Sequence record: DRR723986_9818
DNA: 47,766 nucleotides
Reading direction: 5' to 3' (one strand)
Shown: positions 8,920-20,016 of the stretch, in pieces
How positions within the stretch are numbered: position 1 is the first letter of the stretch
Layout: each line of letters opens with the position of its first letter
The notes under the pieces: generated by a model
What the model was told of the DNA's origin: nothing
The model's input: the letters and a program-made list of their open reading frames with translations, nothing else
The model's database searches: none
Made by a program: the position numbers and the translations under genes

Positions 8920-9389
8920 CGCTGTTTGGCGAATTTGATCTTGTCGATAAGACGCACGACGTCGTTTCCGGTGCGATAGCCTGTTACCGAAGTAATTGCC
9001 GAGATAACATGCACGTAATGCAGGTCGTAATCTAGATCGATCTCAACTTCGGGGCCGGAATCTTCACTCGGCCCAGCATTGTCGCCAACGAGTGAAACAA
9101 TTTTGGCGCGAAGGCTTTCAAAGTCCGTTCCAAAGCTGGTTGTCTCATTGAGGACAATTTCGGCTAGGTTGCCAGACCCGTCCGAGATCAGGCGAAGCTT
9201 AATTGGCAGGTCCGTATTGTCTGACGCGCCGGTGCCGTCTTTGGGCATTTTGACATTGAAGTCTCCTTCCAAGGCCGAGATCTTGAATGTCATGACGAAG
9301 AAGACCAGCAGCAAGAAGACGATGTCGATCATGCTCGTCATCGATAGCTGTGTCTTGTCTTCGTCTTTGCTGCGATGTCTAAATTTCAT
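8916..9389 (-). CDS. exbD: ExbD/TolR family biopolymer transport protein
   Basis: MTSMIDIVFLLLVFFVM TM motif with the conserved Asp. Confidence 0.88.
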   Translation of the reverse strand: MKFRHRSKDEDKTQLSMTSMIDIVFLLLVFFVMTFKISALEGDFNVKMPKDGTGASDNTDLPIKLRLISDGSGNLAEIVLNETTSFGTDFESLRAKIVSLVGDNAGPSEDSGPEVEIDLDYDLHYVHVISAITSVTGYRTGNDVVRLIDKIKFAKQR

Positions 9390-9434
9390 CGGAAGTGAGT
9401 CCTGGAACCGCGAATGGAATTCTGCAACGGTTGG

Positions 9435-9869
9435 CTAAATCTCTTCTTTGACTCGAAGAGCAAACTGTTCGAAACCGAGATCTTGGCACTTGGATATTAG
9501 GTCCTGGACTCGTCCGCCAGGCACGCTTTGGTGACCACGAATGATCACGCTCGCGTCCTGTGGTCCCTTATCTTCCAATTTCAGCAGAGCTATCTCAGGT
9601 GACATCCTAGCCCCCAAAGCTTCAACGGATACTTCGTCACCTCCTACCACAACAGTTCCATCCATCGTCAGGTGCAAGATAATTGGGAAATCGATTGGAA
9701 CATCGACAGGCTTTGCCAGCTCGCTGGTCGGCAGTACGACACGGTCGTTCTGCTCACTCTGCGAAAAGTTGATTAACACCATGAAGAACGCGATCAACTG
9801 AAACGTCATATCGATCATTGGCGTAAGATCGGCTTCTGCGCTGGGCACAGTCTTTTTTCCGAGTCTCAT
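9435..9869 (-). CDS. exbD: ExbD/TolR family biopolymer transport protein (second paralog)
   Basis: DLTPMIDMTFQLIAFFMV TM motif; C-terminal VIIRGH. Confidence 0.88.
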   Translation of the reverse strand: MRLGKKTVPSAEADLTPMIDMTFQLIAFFMVLINFSQSEQNDRVVLPTSELAKPVDVPIDFPIILHLTMDGTVVVGGDEVSVEALGARMSPEIALLKLEDKGPQDASVIIRGHQSVPGGRVQDLISKCQDLGFEQFALRVKEEI

Positions 9870-9935
9870 AAGTGATTACCGATTGAGAAGATCGATGAAG
9901 GTTCCGACACAGACAGTTTTGAGCCTAGTGGCAGT

Positions 9936-10814
9936 TTACTGAAAACGCTCGATGATCTCTTCACTCGTAACACCAACCTGCAGTGTCAGGCGTTGTACGC
10001 GGTTGCGAAGGATGTTGTAGACGGCGATCGCAGGAATCGCGATTGCCAGGCCTGCAAGGGTCGTAAACAGCGCTTGAGAAATATCCAATGCCAATTCACC
10101 CGGCTTAGGCGTCGTTCCGCTGGTCGCAATGGTTCGGAACGCTTTAATCATGCCGAGTACCGTTCCGAACAGTCCGATCATCGGGCTGATGTTGCCGATC
10201 AAAGCCATGTAGCTGAGGTTGTGTTCCATCTTCATGGTTTCTTCCTCGCCGACTTCTTGCATCGCTTCGACGGCGTGCGAATGACCCTTTTCCAATTTGG
10301 AAAGGCCTGCGGCGACAACCTGTCCCAAGAAAGAATCGTCGGTGCGAATCAGTTCGGCGGCACCAGCGGCGTTGCCTTCTCCCAGTTGTTGTTCAACGCC
10401 CTCGACCAGATCCACTGGGCAAATGTTGTCTTGCCGGGCAGCAATGAGATTCATCACAACAAGCGTTAGGAGCGTAATTGAAAGTGCGAAGAAGAGAATC
10501 GTGAACGTCCAACCCAGAGATTGGAATGTCCAGGCGAGCAGGTTTTTCGGCGCTTTGGGGTTGTCGCCATCGCTGCCTGTATCGGTCGCTGCCGCACCTT
10601 GATCTGCTCCGCCCGCGTCAGGGGCTGGAGCGACGGGATCTGCAGCAACCTCGGCTGCGTCGTCGCCCGCCAAGTCCGCGAGTTCGTCTTGGGCTGAGGC
10701 CGGGTTGGCAGTTGCAAGCAGAGCCAAGGCCCCGATCAAGCTCAGCGACACGAGCCGCCGCAGAACATCGAGCTTGTTAGAATTCGAACGAGACGTTGAA
10801 AAGGCTTTGGTCAT
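9936..10814 (-). CDS. exbB: MotA/TolQ/ExbB proton channel family protein with signal peptide
   Basis: PMIGLFGTVLGMIKAF and ISQALFTTLAGLAIAIPA; N-terminal signal (ASA-QD) and acidic linker. Confidence 0.9.
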   Translation of the reverse strand: MTKAFSTSRSNSNKLDVLRRLVSLSLIGALALLATANPASAQDELADLAGDDAAEVAADPVAPAPDAGGADQGAAATDTGSDGDNPKAPKNLLAWTFQSLGWTFTILFFALSITLLTLVVMNLIAARQDNICPVDLVEGVEQQLGEGNAAGAAELIRTDDSFLGQVVAAGLSKLEKGHSHAVEAMQEVGEEETMKMEHNLSYMALIGNISPMIGLFGTVLGMIKAFRTIATSGTTPKPGELALDISQALFTTLAGLAIAIPAIAVYNILRNRVQRLTLQVGVTSEEIIERFQ

Positions 10815-10891
10815 TCTTAAGCTCCCGAGTGGCGATTCATGCCCGGAGTGGATTGATTAGGTGTGTTTTTGTTTAAGCTGAGATCAGTAGG

Positions 10892-11968
10892 TTATTCTTT
10901 TTGTGCCCAGGCACTAGAGCCATAGAGCTTGTCGAGTTTTGATTTGGCTTCTGCGGCTCGGCTTGATTCCCCGATACTTCGCCAAAGTTTGGACAATTGG
11001 TATAGGGCTTCAGCGTGCATGTTGGGATCTTCAAAGAAGAGTAAATCGGTCTGCAGATACCGGATCAGTGCCTCTTTCTGTTTGCCCAATTCCAAGTTGG
11101 CAGCTCCGCGGGCGTTGCTGATGTAGGCAAATAGCTCCAGGTCCTTCGAGTTGTTTGTGTCGGCCATGCGGTTGAGTTTATCAAGTGCTTCTTTCGCATC
11201 GCCGGATGCTACTTGGCAACGCGCCAGGCCTACTTGGGAAAGTCGCTTGAAACGCTGGATCGACTCTCCGCCGGCAGCGAGGCTTGCAGCCGACTGGAAT
11301 GCCTGTTGGGCTGGTTCAACATTGCCACGGCCTAACTCGAAGAAGCCCAACCGGAATGCACCTTTGGCTTTGATCGATGGGTTTTTGGAGGAGACCAGAG
11401 CACCGTAGAACCTTTGTGCGTTCTGTCCCAAAGCTTCGGCAAGTTGGCCGATTAAGTCGTTTGCGCTGTAGAAGTGGTGTGACGTTGGGTGGGCTCTGAT
11501 AAACCCGACTAATTTGCCTGCTGCCGTGCGAGCACTTCCCTTTCCGAGCAGGGAAAGCTTGCCCTCGGTGAACGCAACGTAGAATTCATGGTCGACGCGT
11601 ACAGGCTCTGTTTTAAGCTCGGATGCATTGATGCGTTTAAGTTCATCGATCGCTTGCTCATACTGTTCGTTTAGAACCTGCTCGCGAGCACGATCAAGGC
11701 CGCGCGGTTCACCATTGAAGGTGACTTTCCGAATATTGCCAATCGGAAAATCGACATCTTTGCCCCGCACTGTTATGCGAACGCTGTCGGGCGTAACCTG
11801 TTTGATTTGTCCTGACGAAAACGCACCGTCCAAAGGGAAAACACGGTCGTCGGCAATTGTGGTTGTTGACGTGACCAAAGCTATGAGGCCAGCGAAAGTC
11901 AGCAAGCGTCGGTGTCGCATCGTGGAGGTCATATCGTTTAAGTTGCCAATTCTCAGGAGAGTTTGCAT
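10892..11968 (-). CDS. Exported TPR-like repeat protein
   Basis: Signal-peptide-like N-terminus (true start may be slightly downstream); helical repeats such as AEALYQLSKLW; C-terminus LYGSSAWA. Confidence 0.75.
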   Translation of the reverse strand: MQTLLRIGNLNDMTSTMRHRRLLTFAGLIALVTSTTTIADDRVFPLDGAFSSGQIKQVTPDSVRITVRGKDVDFPIGNIRKVTFNGEPRGLDRAREQVLNEQYEQAIDELKRINASELKTEPVRVDHEFYVAFTEGKLSLLGKGSARTAAGKLVGFIRAHPTSHHFYSANDLIGQLAEALGQNAQRFYGALVSSKNPSIKAKGAFRLGFFELGRGNVEPAQQAFQSAASLAAGGESIQRFKRLSQVGLARCQVASGDAKEALDKLNRMADTNNSKDLELFAYISNARGAANLELGKQKEALIRYLQTDLLFFEDPNMHAEALYQLSKLWRSIGESSRAAEAKSKLDKLYGSSAWAQKE

Positions 11969-11972
11969 CGAT

Positions 11973-14900
11973 CTATTTGCCTGCCTTCTGCTTGATTTGT
12001 TTCAGAAGGGCGGCGAATCGTTTCTTGTCAGCCGGTCCACCCAGGTCGGGGTAGAGTGCAGTTGTTTGTGTGAGTACCCGCTCAGCCTTTCCAAATTGGC
12101 TGGCGTCTCCAGTTGCAGCACCATGGCGATACAAATTCAGGGCAACTCGATAGCGGGCTTCGAAGAACTGCGAGCGAAGCTTATCGTTGCCCAGTGTTTT
12201 CTTCGCAATCTTGTTCCATCCCCAAATACTCAGGGCGGGATAACCAGCGTAGGCGGTCTTGTAGTAGTCGGGCTTGGCTGATCCCCATGCCTCAAGGGTT
12301 TCCGCTGCTTCGATTTGCACATCGAGCAACGCCTCTTTCTCCTTCAGTAGGTCGGAAAGGATCTTGATCGCCGCCAAGTACTCGCCTTGTCCACGTTTGG
12401 CTTTGGCACTGAGCATTTGAACCCGTATCACCAGTTCCGGAGGGTCGATAAATCCTGGCGACGAAGATTCTTTCTCGAGTATGGAATCTACAATCTCGCT
12501 GGACGTGTTGAAAGCTTCATCGGCGGTCTGCTTGGCACTGGCAGTTTTGGACAACTCAGCCGCGTTGGTGATCAGAGTGTCCGCAGCCCAGTAGCGGACA
12601 TTGAACGCGTCGGACTGTGCCGCTTGGTTCGCCACTTGTGTCAGTAGCCCAAAAAGCCGCAGTTTGTCGCGGGCATTCTTGGATGCAGTAAGTTGCTCAT
12701 TCAAGTCCTTGGCCATTCCAATGAAGACTGAATTGAGGATGGCCGTGCCGTTGTCGGCCTTTTCCGCAGCGTCATTCATTGCGGCAATGTAAGACTGAAT
12801 CTTTTGAGCTGCATCTTCAGCTTTGAGTTCGCCACTTCCGATTTGTGCAGCCGCGACTTGAATACCAAGTCGGTAGCTCTCCATTTTGGTCCTAGGTACT
12901 ACTGAGCCCGCTTGTTCTAGGGAAGCTAGAACCGATGGACTTCCGGCTTCAAGTAGCTTGGCTGCCTTGCCAACTTCCCCGGCGTCCAAGTAGAGCTTTG
13001 ATAGGGAGTTGATTGCGTCAACTGTCTTGCTCTCAAGAGGTTTGTCTGCAGTTTGTTCTGAAGCGAGCGAGCTTGTGTAGATTTCCAATTGGTTTGTGGC
13101 ACGCTCGGCATTGGAGCTTGCCGCATCGGCGTCAGCTTCCTGCTTGCTCTTCAGGTACAGTCCGTAGTAAGCGATGCCGACATCGCGCCGTGTCGTAGTA
13201 GCGGCTGGGGAGTCCTTGGGGAGTTTCTCAAGCAGGTTTTCGGCTTTCTCCCAGTCCTTGGCAACCAGAGCTAGTTGTACTGTAGCGGCAGCCGCGGCGG
13301 CGGCTTCTTGCGATTCGGGCCAAGTCTCGGATAAGTAAACCGAAAGCGGCTCAAGCATTTCTGCATACTCAGCTTGCTGTTCTGGTCCGGCGGTTGTCAG
13401 CAAGTCGCTGAATCCGGCCAAGCAAACCGCAGCCGCGTTCAAACCTTCAGGACTTGCCGGGTTCTTGCGCGTTAACATCTCTCCAACCGCAATGGCTCGC
13501 CACGGCTGTTGCTGTTTTAGGTAGAGCAGGGAGAGTTTGAATCGAGCATCAAACAGCTCCGTCAATTCGCCTTCTTCCGTGTCGAATTGCGCAAGTGCTT
13601 GCTCTAGGAGTGTGATGCCCTGTGTTTGTAGCGTCTCGATCTTTTCTTCAATAGCCGACGCCTGGGTTTCCAGTTGTGCAATCTCGGCCTTCGGTGTGTC
13701 CGTGGCCGTTAGCGTCGAGTTGATCGTCTCCAGGGCGATGGTTTCGGTGTTCGCTTGTTCGTACCGCTGCGTACCCAGAGCAAGCGCCTCCGCAAAGTCT
13801 TTTGCCTCGGGCAGCTCCAGTGAGACTTCTTCACCTTTCGTGTCGACGCCTAGTTCGGCCAGCAGTTCGCGGGCACGTTCTTCGTGGGGGCCCGCAATCC
13901 GGATAAGCTGACGGACGTCGGCGCGGGCATCGCGAAGCATTTTTCCTGCCGCTCGGTCACCACGATCTGACTCGCGAAGGAGAGTTGCCCACTGATAACG
14001 CAGTTCATCGATGGTCAGTTTGAGGTCAACCGTATCGAGGCTTTCGCGTTCATCCGGCCGCAGTTGACCGATCCAGTTCAGGCCGCGGTTGAGTGCGACT
14101 TCGTACTTCTTTTCTTCCGCAAGTAGATCCACTAGGGACTTGGTTGCAAGTGTTTGTAGCGGTCGAAGGACGTCGACGCCGGACAAGTCGGCAACTCGTT
14201 GGAGTCCGTCGATGGCGGCCGAGTTGTCGCCAAGCTCGGCTTGAACGATGCTTCGGTAGTAGAGTGCATAATTCCGAATACCAACGAGGTCGCGTTCTTT
14301 CTTGTAAAGATCGCTATACATCGTGAGGGCTTTTTGTAGGTCGCTCTTTCGTTTGGGCGACCCGCTGCTATGGCTTTTGCCGCGTTCCTCGACGGCTTTG
14401 GCAGATAGCAACTGAGCTTGTCGAATGTCGGCGATGATTTTTTGTCGGTAGGCAACTTTAGCTTTATCGTTTGGATCGATTCTAGCCCCACGCATCGTTT
14501 CAACGATTGCTGCAAGCTCTTTGATAGATTCCTCAAACAGTTTGTGAGCCGCGTCGTAGTACTTGATGGCGTCAGAAATGTCTTCGTCGGCTTCACCGGC
14601 TAAACGCTTGGCTTCATCGGCGCGCGTCAGTAGCAGCTCGCCCAGCTTGAGCCTGGCTTCGCCGCGCCTCGGGTGCGACGGGTTGCCTTTCAAGAAAGAT
14701 CTCAGGTCTTTTTCGGCATCGTCCAATTTTTGGTTGCGTGTTGCATCGCTTGGGGAGAGTTTGGCGGCAGACTGGTAACGCAGTAAACCTCTTTCAAGGT
14801 CGATCGAACCCTTGAGAGCGTCAGCCGTACGCCGATCTGCTTCGAGCATATCGAGATACGTCAGCGCGGTATCGAAGTACTGGCGTTTCTTGAGTTCAGT

Positions 14901-15005
14901 TAGGAATTGCTCGAATGGCTCCTCGCACCGCGCAGACGCCGGCAGGGCGATGAGTGCTAATAGTGTCCAGGCAATTCGCGTCATGACTGTGCTCAATGTA
15001 GGCAT
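11973..15005 (-). CDS. Large exported TPR-like alpha-helical protein
   Basis: About 1000 aa, Ala/Leu/Glu/Lys-rich helical repeats; signal MTRIAWTLLALIALPASARC; start ATG 15005 or 14984 (ORF open to 15107); 4-bp gap to the next gene. Confidence 0.78.
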   Translation of the reverse strand: MPTLSTVMTRIAWTLLALIALPASARCEEPFEQFLTELKKRQYFDTALTYLDMLEADRRTADALKGSIDLERGLLRYQSAAKLSPSDATRNQKLDDAEKDLRSFLKGNPSHPRRGEARLKLGELLLTRADEAKRLAGEADEDISDAIKYYDAAHKLFEESIKELAAIVETMRGARIDPNDKAKVAYRQKIIADIRQAQLLSAKAVEERGKSHSSGSPKRKSDLQKALTMYSDLYKKERDLVGIRNYALYYRSIVQAELGDNSAAIDGLQRVADLSGVDVLRPLQTLATKSLVDLLAEEKKYEVALNRGLNWIGQLRPDERESLDTVDLKLTIDELRYQWATLLRESDRGDRAAGKMLRDARADVRQLIRIAGPHEERARELLAELGVDTKGEEVSLELPEAKDFAEALALGTQRYEQANTETIALETINSTLTATDTPKAEIAQLETQASAIEEKIETLQTQGITLLEQALAQFDTEEGELTELFDARFKLSLLYLKQQQPWRAIAVGEMLTRKNPASPEGLNAAAVCLAGFSDLLTTAGPEQQAEYAEMLEPLSVYLSETWPESQEAAAAAAATVQLALVAKDWEKAENLLEKLPKDSPAATTTRRDVGIAYYGLYLKSKQEADADAASSNAERATNQLEIYTSSLASEQTADKPLESKTVDAINSLSKLYLDAGEVGKAAKLLEAGSPSVLASLEQAGSVVPRTKMESYRLGIQVAAAQIGSGELKAEDAAQKIQSYIAAMNDAAEKADNGTAILNSVFIGMAKDLNEQLTASKNARDKLRLFGLLTQVANQAAQSDAFNVRYWAADTLITNAAELSKTASAKQTADEAFNTSSEIVDSILEKESSSPGFIDPPELVIRVQMLSAKAKRGQGEYLAAIKILSDLLKEKEALLDVQIEAAETLEAWGSAKPDYYKTAYAGYPALSIWGWNKIAKKTLGNDKLRSQFFEARYRVALNLYRHGAATGDASQFGKAERVLTQTTALYPDLGGPADKKRFAALLKQIKQKAGK

Positions 15006-15714
15006 CTTCGATTCTGAGTCGTCCAGACGCCACGAATGCTCCATTGGCTTACACTTCGTCGCGTCAGGCTTCGTACAATCAGGGAGGCCAAAATGCATAC
15101 GTGTCACTCAGTGTGTTTTCGCTCTGGGGATGAATCGTACTTACGGACCAGCGAATTGTCTCAACCGCTTTATAGACTCAATGCACTCGGCGATGTGCGA
15201 CTTACAGTACAAACCTCGGCGGGTTGCATAAGGCTGTCCGCTGAGGATTCGCGGCAGTACACCGATCGGCGAATTGGTCTAAACGCTGTTTGAGTCGTTC
15301 TACCCCGCTTGTGATAAGCGCATATGATAAGGACTGTTGCTTCAGAGTACTGCGGCGTGCTCGCAGGCGAAACTCTCGACGATCAACCGAAGAATCGGGC
15401 TGACTCCAAAGCGTTTCGTGTTGCTGCCAACTGCCGGTAGTACCAAAAGCTTCAGTATAAAGTGCTGGAGAAGAACGTCTGTGTGACCTATTTTAGCGTA
15501 GCTGCAAGGAGTTTTGTCCTCAAGTAAACCGCTTTTCAGCCGTAAACGCCGAGCAAACTAACCGCGTAGCAGCAGGCACAATCCCCCTAATCGGAATGAC
15601 TTGCTACGTACTGGGAGTGGCTAGCGCTGCGGCAGGCGGCAGTGTGAATGCTCGTGGTAAAGCTGTTGGTGGCGAGTCGAGCTTCTTTGGGCGATTCAGT
15701 GTGAAGGTTTCTAC

Positions 15715-18675
15715 GTGGTCCGATTGAAAACAGATCGTTGGTATTCTTCGCGCGGCCAAGAAAAATCGCGGCGAGTGGCCAAGGTGCAGAGCCTTGGCAT
15801 GCGGCGTGTCGTATCACTCTGCTTGCTGTTGGCTTTGGTGGTCATCTTGATGGAGAAGGCCGCCGACCCTCGCTACGTCAGCAGCGCTTTTCGTCAACTT
15901 GGCGTGCCGCTCGAAGGCGAGCTGAATGAGGAGAGCCTCAAGCCTCCCGTGCTTGGCGGGGCGGAACGTCACGAAGCTGACACTTCCCGGGCGGAGTCTG
16001 CCACTAACCAATTGGTCGCGGAGGACTCCGGTGCGAGCGTTAGTGGAGATGGAAAGCCCAGTACCACGGCTCAGCAAGGCGACAGCGCAGCGACCGCAGA
16101 TCCAGGCCCCACGGTCGGTCAGGTATGGTCGACTACGAGGAAGGACCTAGCGCGTAGGCTCTTCAAGTTGGCGACCGAGCAGGAGCGCGATCGGCTGAGT
16201 CAATTACTCTTTCCACAAGACGCGGAGATACAGGGTAATGAAGCGAATGCGACGCCCGGCGATTTTTCTCGTTTGCTTCTCCAGTCCGAGAAGCAGCTAG
16301 GTGACCTGCGTAAACAGCTAGAGGCGAAGGATGATACTCAAGGTTGGGTGCAGTCGATTGATCGGTTCTCCAGACAATGGCTTGATTTGCTCGAGACTGG
16401 CTCTACCGGTGAGCTGGAGTTTTCGATGTGGCGTGACCTGCGAGCTGCAGCGTACGACCACTTGGTCAGTCAATTCGTTGACTCGACCATCTGGAAAGAG
16501 TCCGAAAAATTCGCGTTTGACACCTTGCTTTCCGAATTGCCCAGCATTGTTCAATCGGGCGACGAGTCTTCGCCCGAAGTAGTCACTCGACAGTTGCTTG
16601 CCGAACCCGACCTGCTACGCGGGAATGTAGTCCGGTTCAGTGGAGAGTTGCGGCGATACGATCAGCATGAGTTTGGCGGGCCTGAGGCAACAATTGAATC
16701 CGAGCCCACCGCGTCGCAGTATGTGTTGCTGTGGATGCGAGGTGCGGATGAAGCAAACCAGCCCGTGGCAGTCTACGCATCGAGGCAGGCCCTAGGCGGC
16801 AGCGTGGCGTCGTCGCTTGAAGGGCTTCCGCAGTCCAAAGCCATTAGTGCGGAGGATTCGTTTTCGATAGAAGTCACCGGTGTGTTTGTAAAGCAGCTTG
16901 CCTATGCCGGAAACGAAGGGATGCAAGTTGCACCGGTGTTGTTCGCCGGTGAAGTTGAAAAGGGCACGGCAGATTCGGCTGCTGTTGCCGCAATCACGGA
17001 AACTCCACAAAACCTGTGGTGGGACGTCGCTTACGCGTTCGCTATTGCCCTGGCTATCGGTGGCGCCTTCATCGTCGCTGTGCTGCCGGGATTTCGCAAA
17101 TCGCGCCGAGTTCGAAGCTTGATGCGGCCCGCCGGGGCTGCCAAATCAAAATCTTCCGACACGGCGGGACAGATCAGCCGCGTGATTCTGCCCTTGATGA
17201 TTGGGATACCAGGACTTGGGCAACTGAGCGATCAAAAAGCATTTGCTCAAGACACAACGCCACCATGGGCCGATGCTTCAGCAGTGTCTAACGCCCGTAA
17301 CTCGGCGGCGATCGAATATTTAGAGTCGAAGCTGTCCGTGTTTTGGAGCCAAGAAGCAGCGGAGCGAATCGATGAACATTATGGTGGGCCTGAGACCGAT
17401 CAATCTGTTGTACCTGATGAAGTGCTCAAAGTTCAGCAGGCGATCCAGAAGGCCGGGCTGGACCGTGTGGCCGCTGGGTTGAAGTCAGCAGGGCAGGGGG
17501 AAGCCGGAGTCCAAGACGAGCTTCCATTCACAGTTGAAAGACTGGAGGGAATGCTGGTCGATGTACAGGTGGCTCTCGTTTCTCGAGAGCAGCGAAACTG
17601 GTTCGGTACGACTCGCGACGACACTGTGTATCGATTGTTGGTGAATGCCTCTTTGGCAAGTTCAAAGCAGCCAACTACGGATCCAAGCACAATCGGTCAT
17701 ACAGCCACTGAGTCACACGTTGTCTACGTCAACCATATGCCCGAACTGCTCGTTGCTGCTGAAGAAGTCTATCAACCTGTTGTCGTAGAAGCGCTGCGAA
17801 TCGATGGGTGTTCAGCCGCCTTTTCTGACAGGATTTCATGGGTGCTCGGTGAGGGCGAGGCATCTTTATCAGGCGAAGACATTGACGACACAGGGTTGCT
17901 TCCTGAGCTCGCGGCCCATCAACTGGCCGTCAGTCGTGCTGGGTGGGATCTGGCTTATTTGGATCTCGTTGAGGCCAATCAGCAAAAGTCCCTATTGAGC
18001 AACGAAGCGGAGAGTTTTTTCGGTTTCCTGGCGGCGTCGAGGAATTATGGCTCGCCGCACTACGAACGCCATGCGGTACGCGAGCCCTTAGCGGTCATGC
18101 GGGAGGCGAAGCAGAACTGTGGGCGTGAGGTGCAGTGGGTTGTTCGTGCCGTTCGCGGAAGCTCCATCGCGGTACCTCAGGAAATTCTTGATGCGTTCCC
18201 CGGTATGCGATCGAGGTACTATCAGATTGATGGTTTTGTTCATTTGGGCAACAAGAGGATTTCGTTCACGGTGCCGACCGAAACAGGGGACGATGAGCTG
18301 CTCTTTGATCGCGAATTTCCGATTACGGTTGTCACGTTCGATGATTCAAACGTGCCTGCGGACGTGCTCAGTGGACAAGTTTCTGTTTGGGACGTCGATC
18401 GTTACCTACAGGTCGATGGCTTGTTTTATCGCATGTGGGAATATCAAAGCGATCTAGTGGCATCGAAGAATGCGAAAGCTCGTCAGGCGGCTCCACTGGT
18501 GGCGGCTACCTTGCTCACCCCCACCCAACTGCCCGTCGGCCCACCTCAAGCGAACCCAATTGCTTGGTTCGGCGTTGCCATGTGTGTCGCTGTCTTGGTC
18601 ATACTGGCCGGCATCTTGTATCTGGCGCTCAGGCGGGATGTGAGATTGCGGCGGCGAAACGCCAATCTTCGGTAA
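15715..18675 (+). CDS. Hypothetical membrane protein with an internally duplicated domain
   Basis: 986-aa ORF (start may be ATG 15799); N-terminal TM, central TM plus signal-like segment, C-terminal TM and Arg-rich tail. Confidence 0.8.
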   Translation: MVRLKTDRWYSSRGQEKSRRVAKVQSLGMRRVVSLCLLLALVVILMEKAADPRYVSSAFRQLGVPLEGELNEESLKPPVLGGAERHEADTSRAESATNQLVAEDSGASVSGDGKPSTTAQQGDSAATADPGPTVGQVWSTTRKDLARRLFKLATEQERDRLSQLLFPQDAEIQGNEANATPGDFSRLLLQSEKQLGDLRKQLEAKDDTQGWVQSIDRFSRQWLDLLETGSTGELEFSMWRDLRAAAYDHLVSQFVDSTIWKESEKFAFDTLLSELPSIVQSGDESSPEVVTRQLLAEPDLLRGNVVRFSGELRRYDQHEFGGPEATIESEPTASQYVLLWMRGADEANQPVAVYASRQALGGSVASSLEGLPQSKAISAEDSFSIEVTGVFVKQLAYAGNEGMQVAPVLFAGEVEKGTADSAAVAAITETPQNLWWDVAYAFAIALAIGGAFIVAVLPGFRKSRRVRSLMRPAGAAKSKSSDTAGQISRVILPLMIGIPGLGQLSDQKAFAQDTTPPWADASAVSNARNSAAIEYLESKLSVFWSQEAAERIDEHYGGPETDQSVVPDEVLKVQQAIQKAGLDRVAAGLKSAGQGEAGVQDELPFTVERLEGMLVDVQVALVSREQRNWFGTTRDDTVYRLLVNASLASSKQPTTDPSTIGHTATESHVVYVNHMPELLVAAEEVYQPVVVEALRIDGCSAAFSDRISWVLGEGEASLSGEDIDDTGLLPELAAHQLAVSRAGWDLAYLDLVEANQQKSLLSNEAESFFGFLAASRNYGSPHYERHAVREPLAVMREAKQNCGREVQWVVRAVRGSSIAVPQEILDAFPGMRSRYYQIDGFVHLGNKRISFTVPTETGDDELLFDREFPITVVTFDDSNVPADVLSGQVSVWDVDRYLQVDGLFYRMWEYQSDLVASKNAKARQAAPLVAATLLTPTQLPVGPPQANPIAWFGVAMCVAVLVILAGILYLALRRDVRLRRRNANLR

Positions 18676-18931
18676 TTGCGCGGTCAGCGGTTCGGTCGTC
18701 GCCAGGACAAGACTTGAAGAGTAGGCGGCGGGAGTACCGATGTGGTTCCTGCTATGTCAATCTAGGCAGTTTCAGTTGCGGCAATCTTCTGGCGATTGGT
18801 GGTGCAGTCTTGTTGGTGTAGTGGGCTCCGGCAAAAAGTCGCGAATATCCGGCAATTGATGCTTGAGGCTGCTTAGACCTCCTAGACTGCGGTTTTGAAC
18901 CTGAGTTGCCCTGCTTGGCGATTCCCCCGAC

Positions 18932-18959
18932 TTGACGCTTGGGGGTAGACCACGATACT
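18932..18959 (+). promoter_or_regulatory. Possible sigma-70 promoter for mdh
   Basis: TTGACG-N16-GATACT about 110 nt upstream of mdh. Confidence 0.3.
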
Positions 18960-19068
18960 CGAAGGAGTTGGGAGCGAATTATTCCGTCAGGACTATGCTG
19001 CTCCCCCTACGGGGAATTCTAGAGCCATTTTCACTTCCGTCTCGAGCGGGGGTTTTGGGGGATTATAG

Positions 19069-20016
<948 letters not shown>

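Noticed and set aside
15195-15250. Cobalamin riboswitch ahead of the ExbBD operon (ACTGTAA on the minus strand)
   Set aside because: Other core motifs (GGGAA, GGTG-AA-TCC, B12 box) were not found
15306-15335. dif-like site (AGCGCATATGATAA)
   Set aside because: Only a partial XerC-arm resemblance; no TTATGTTAAAT-like XerD arm
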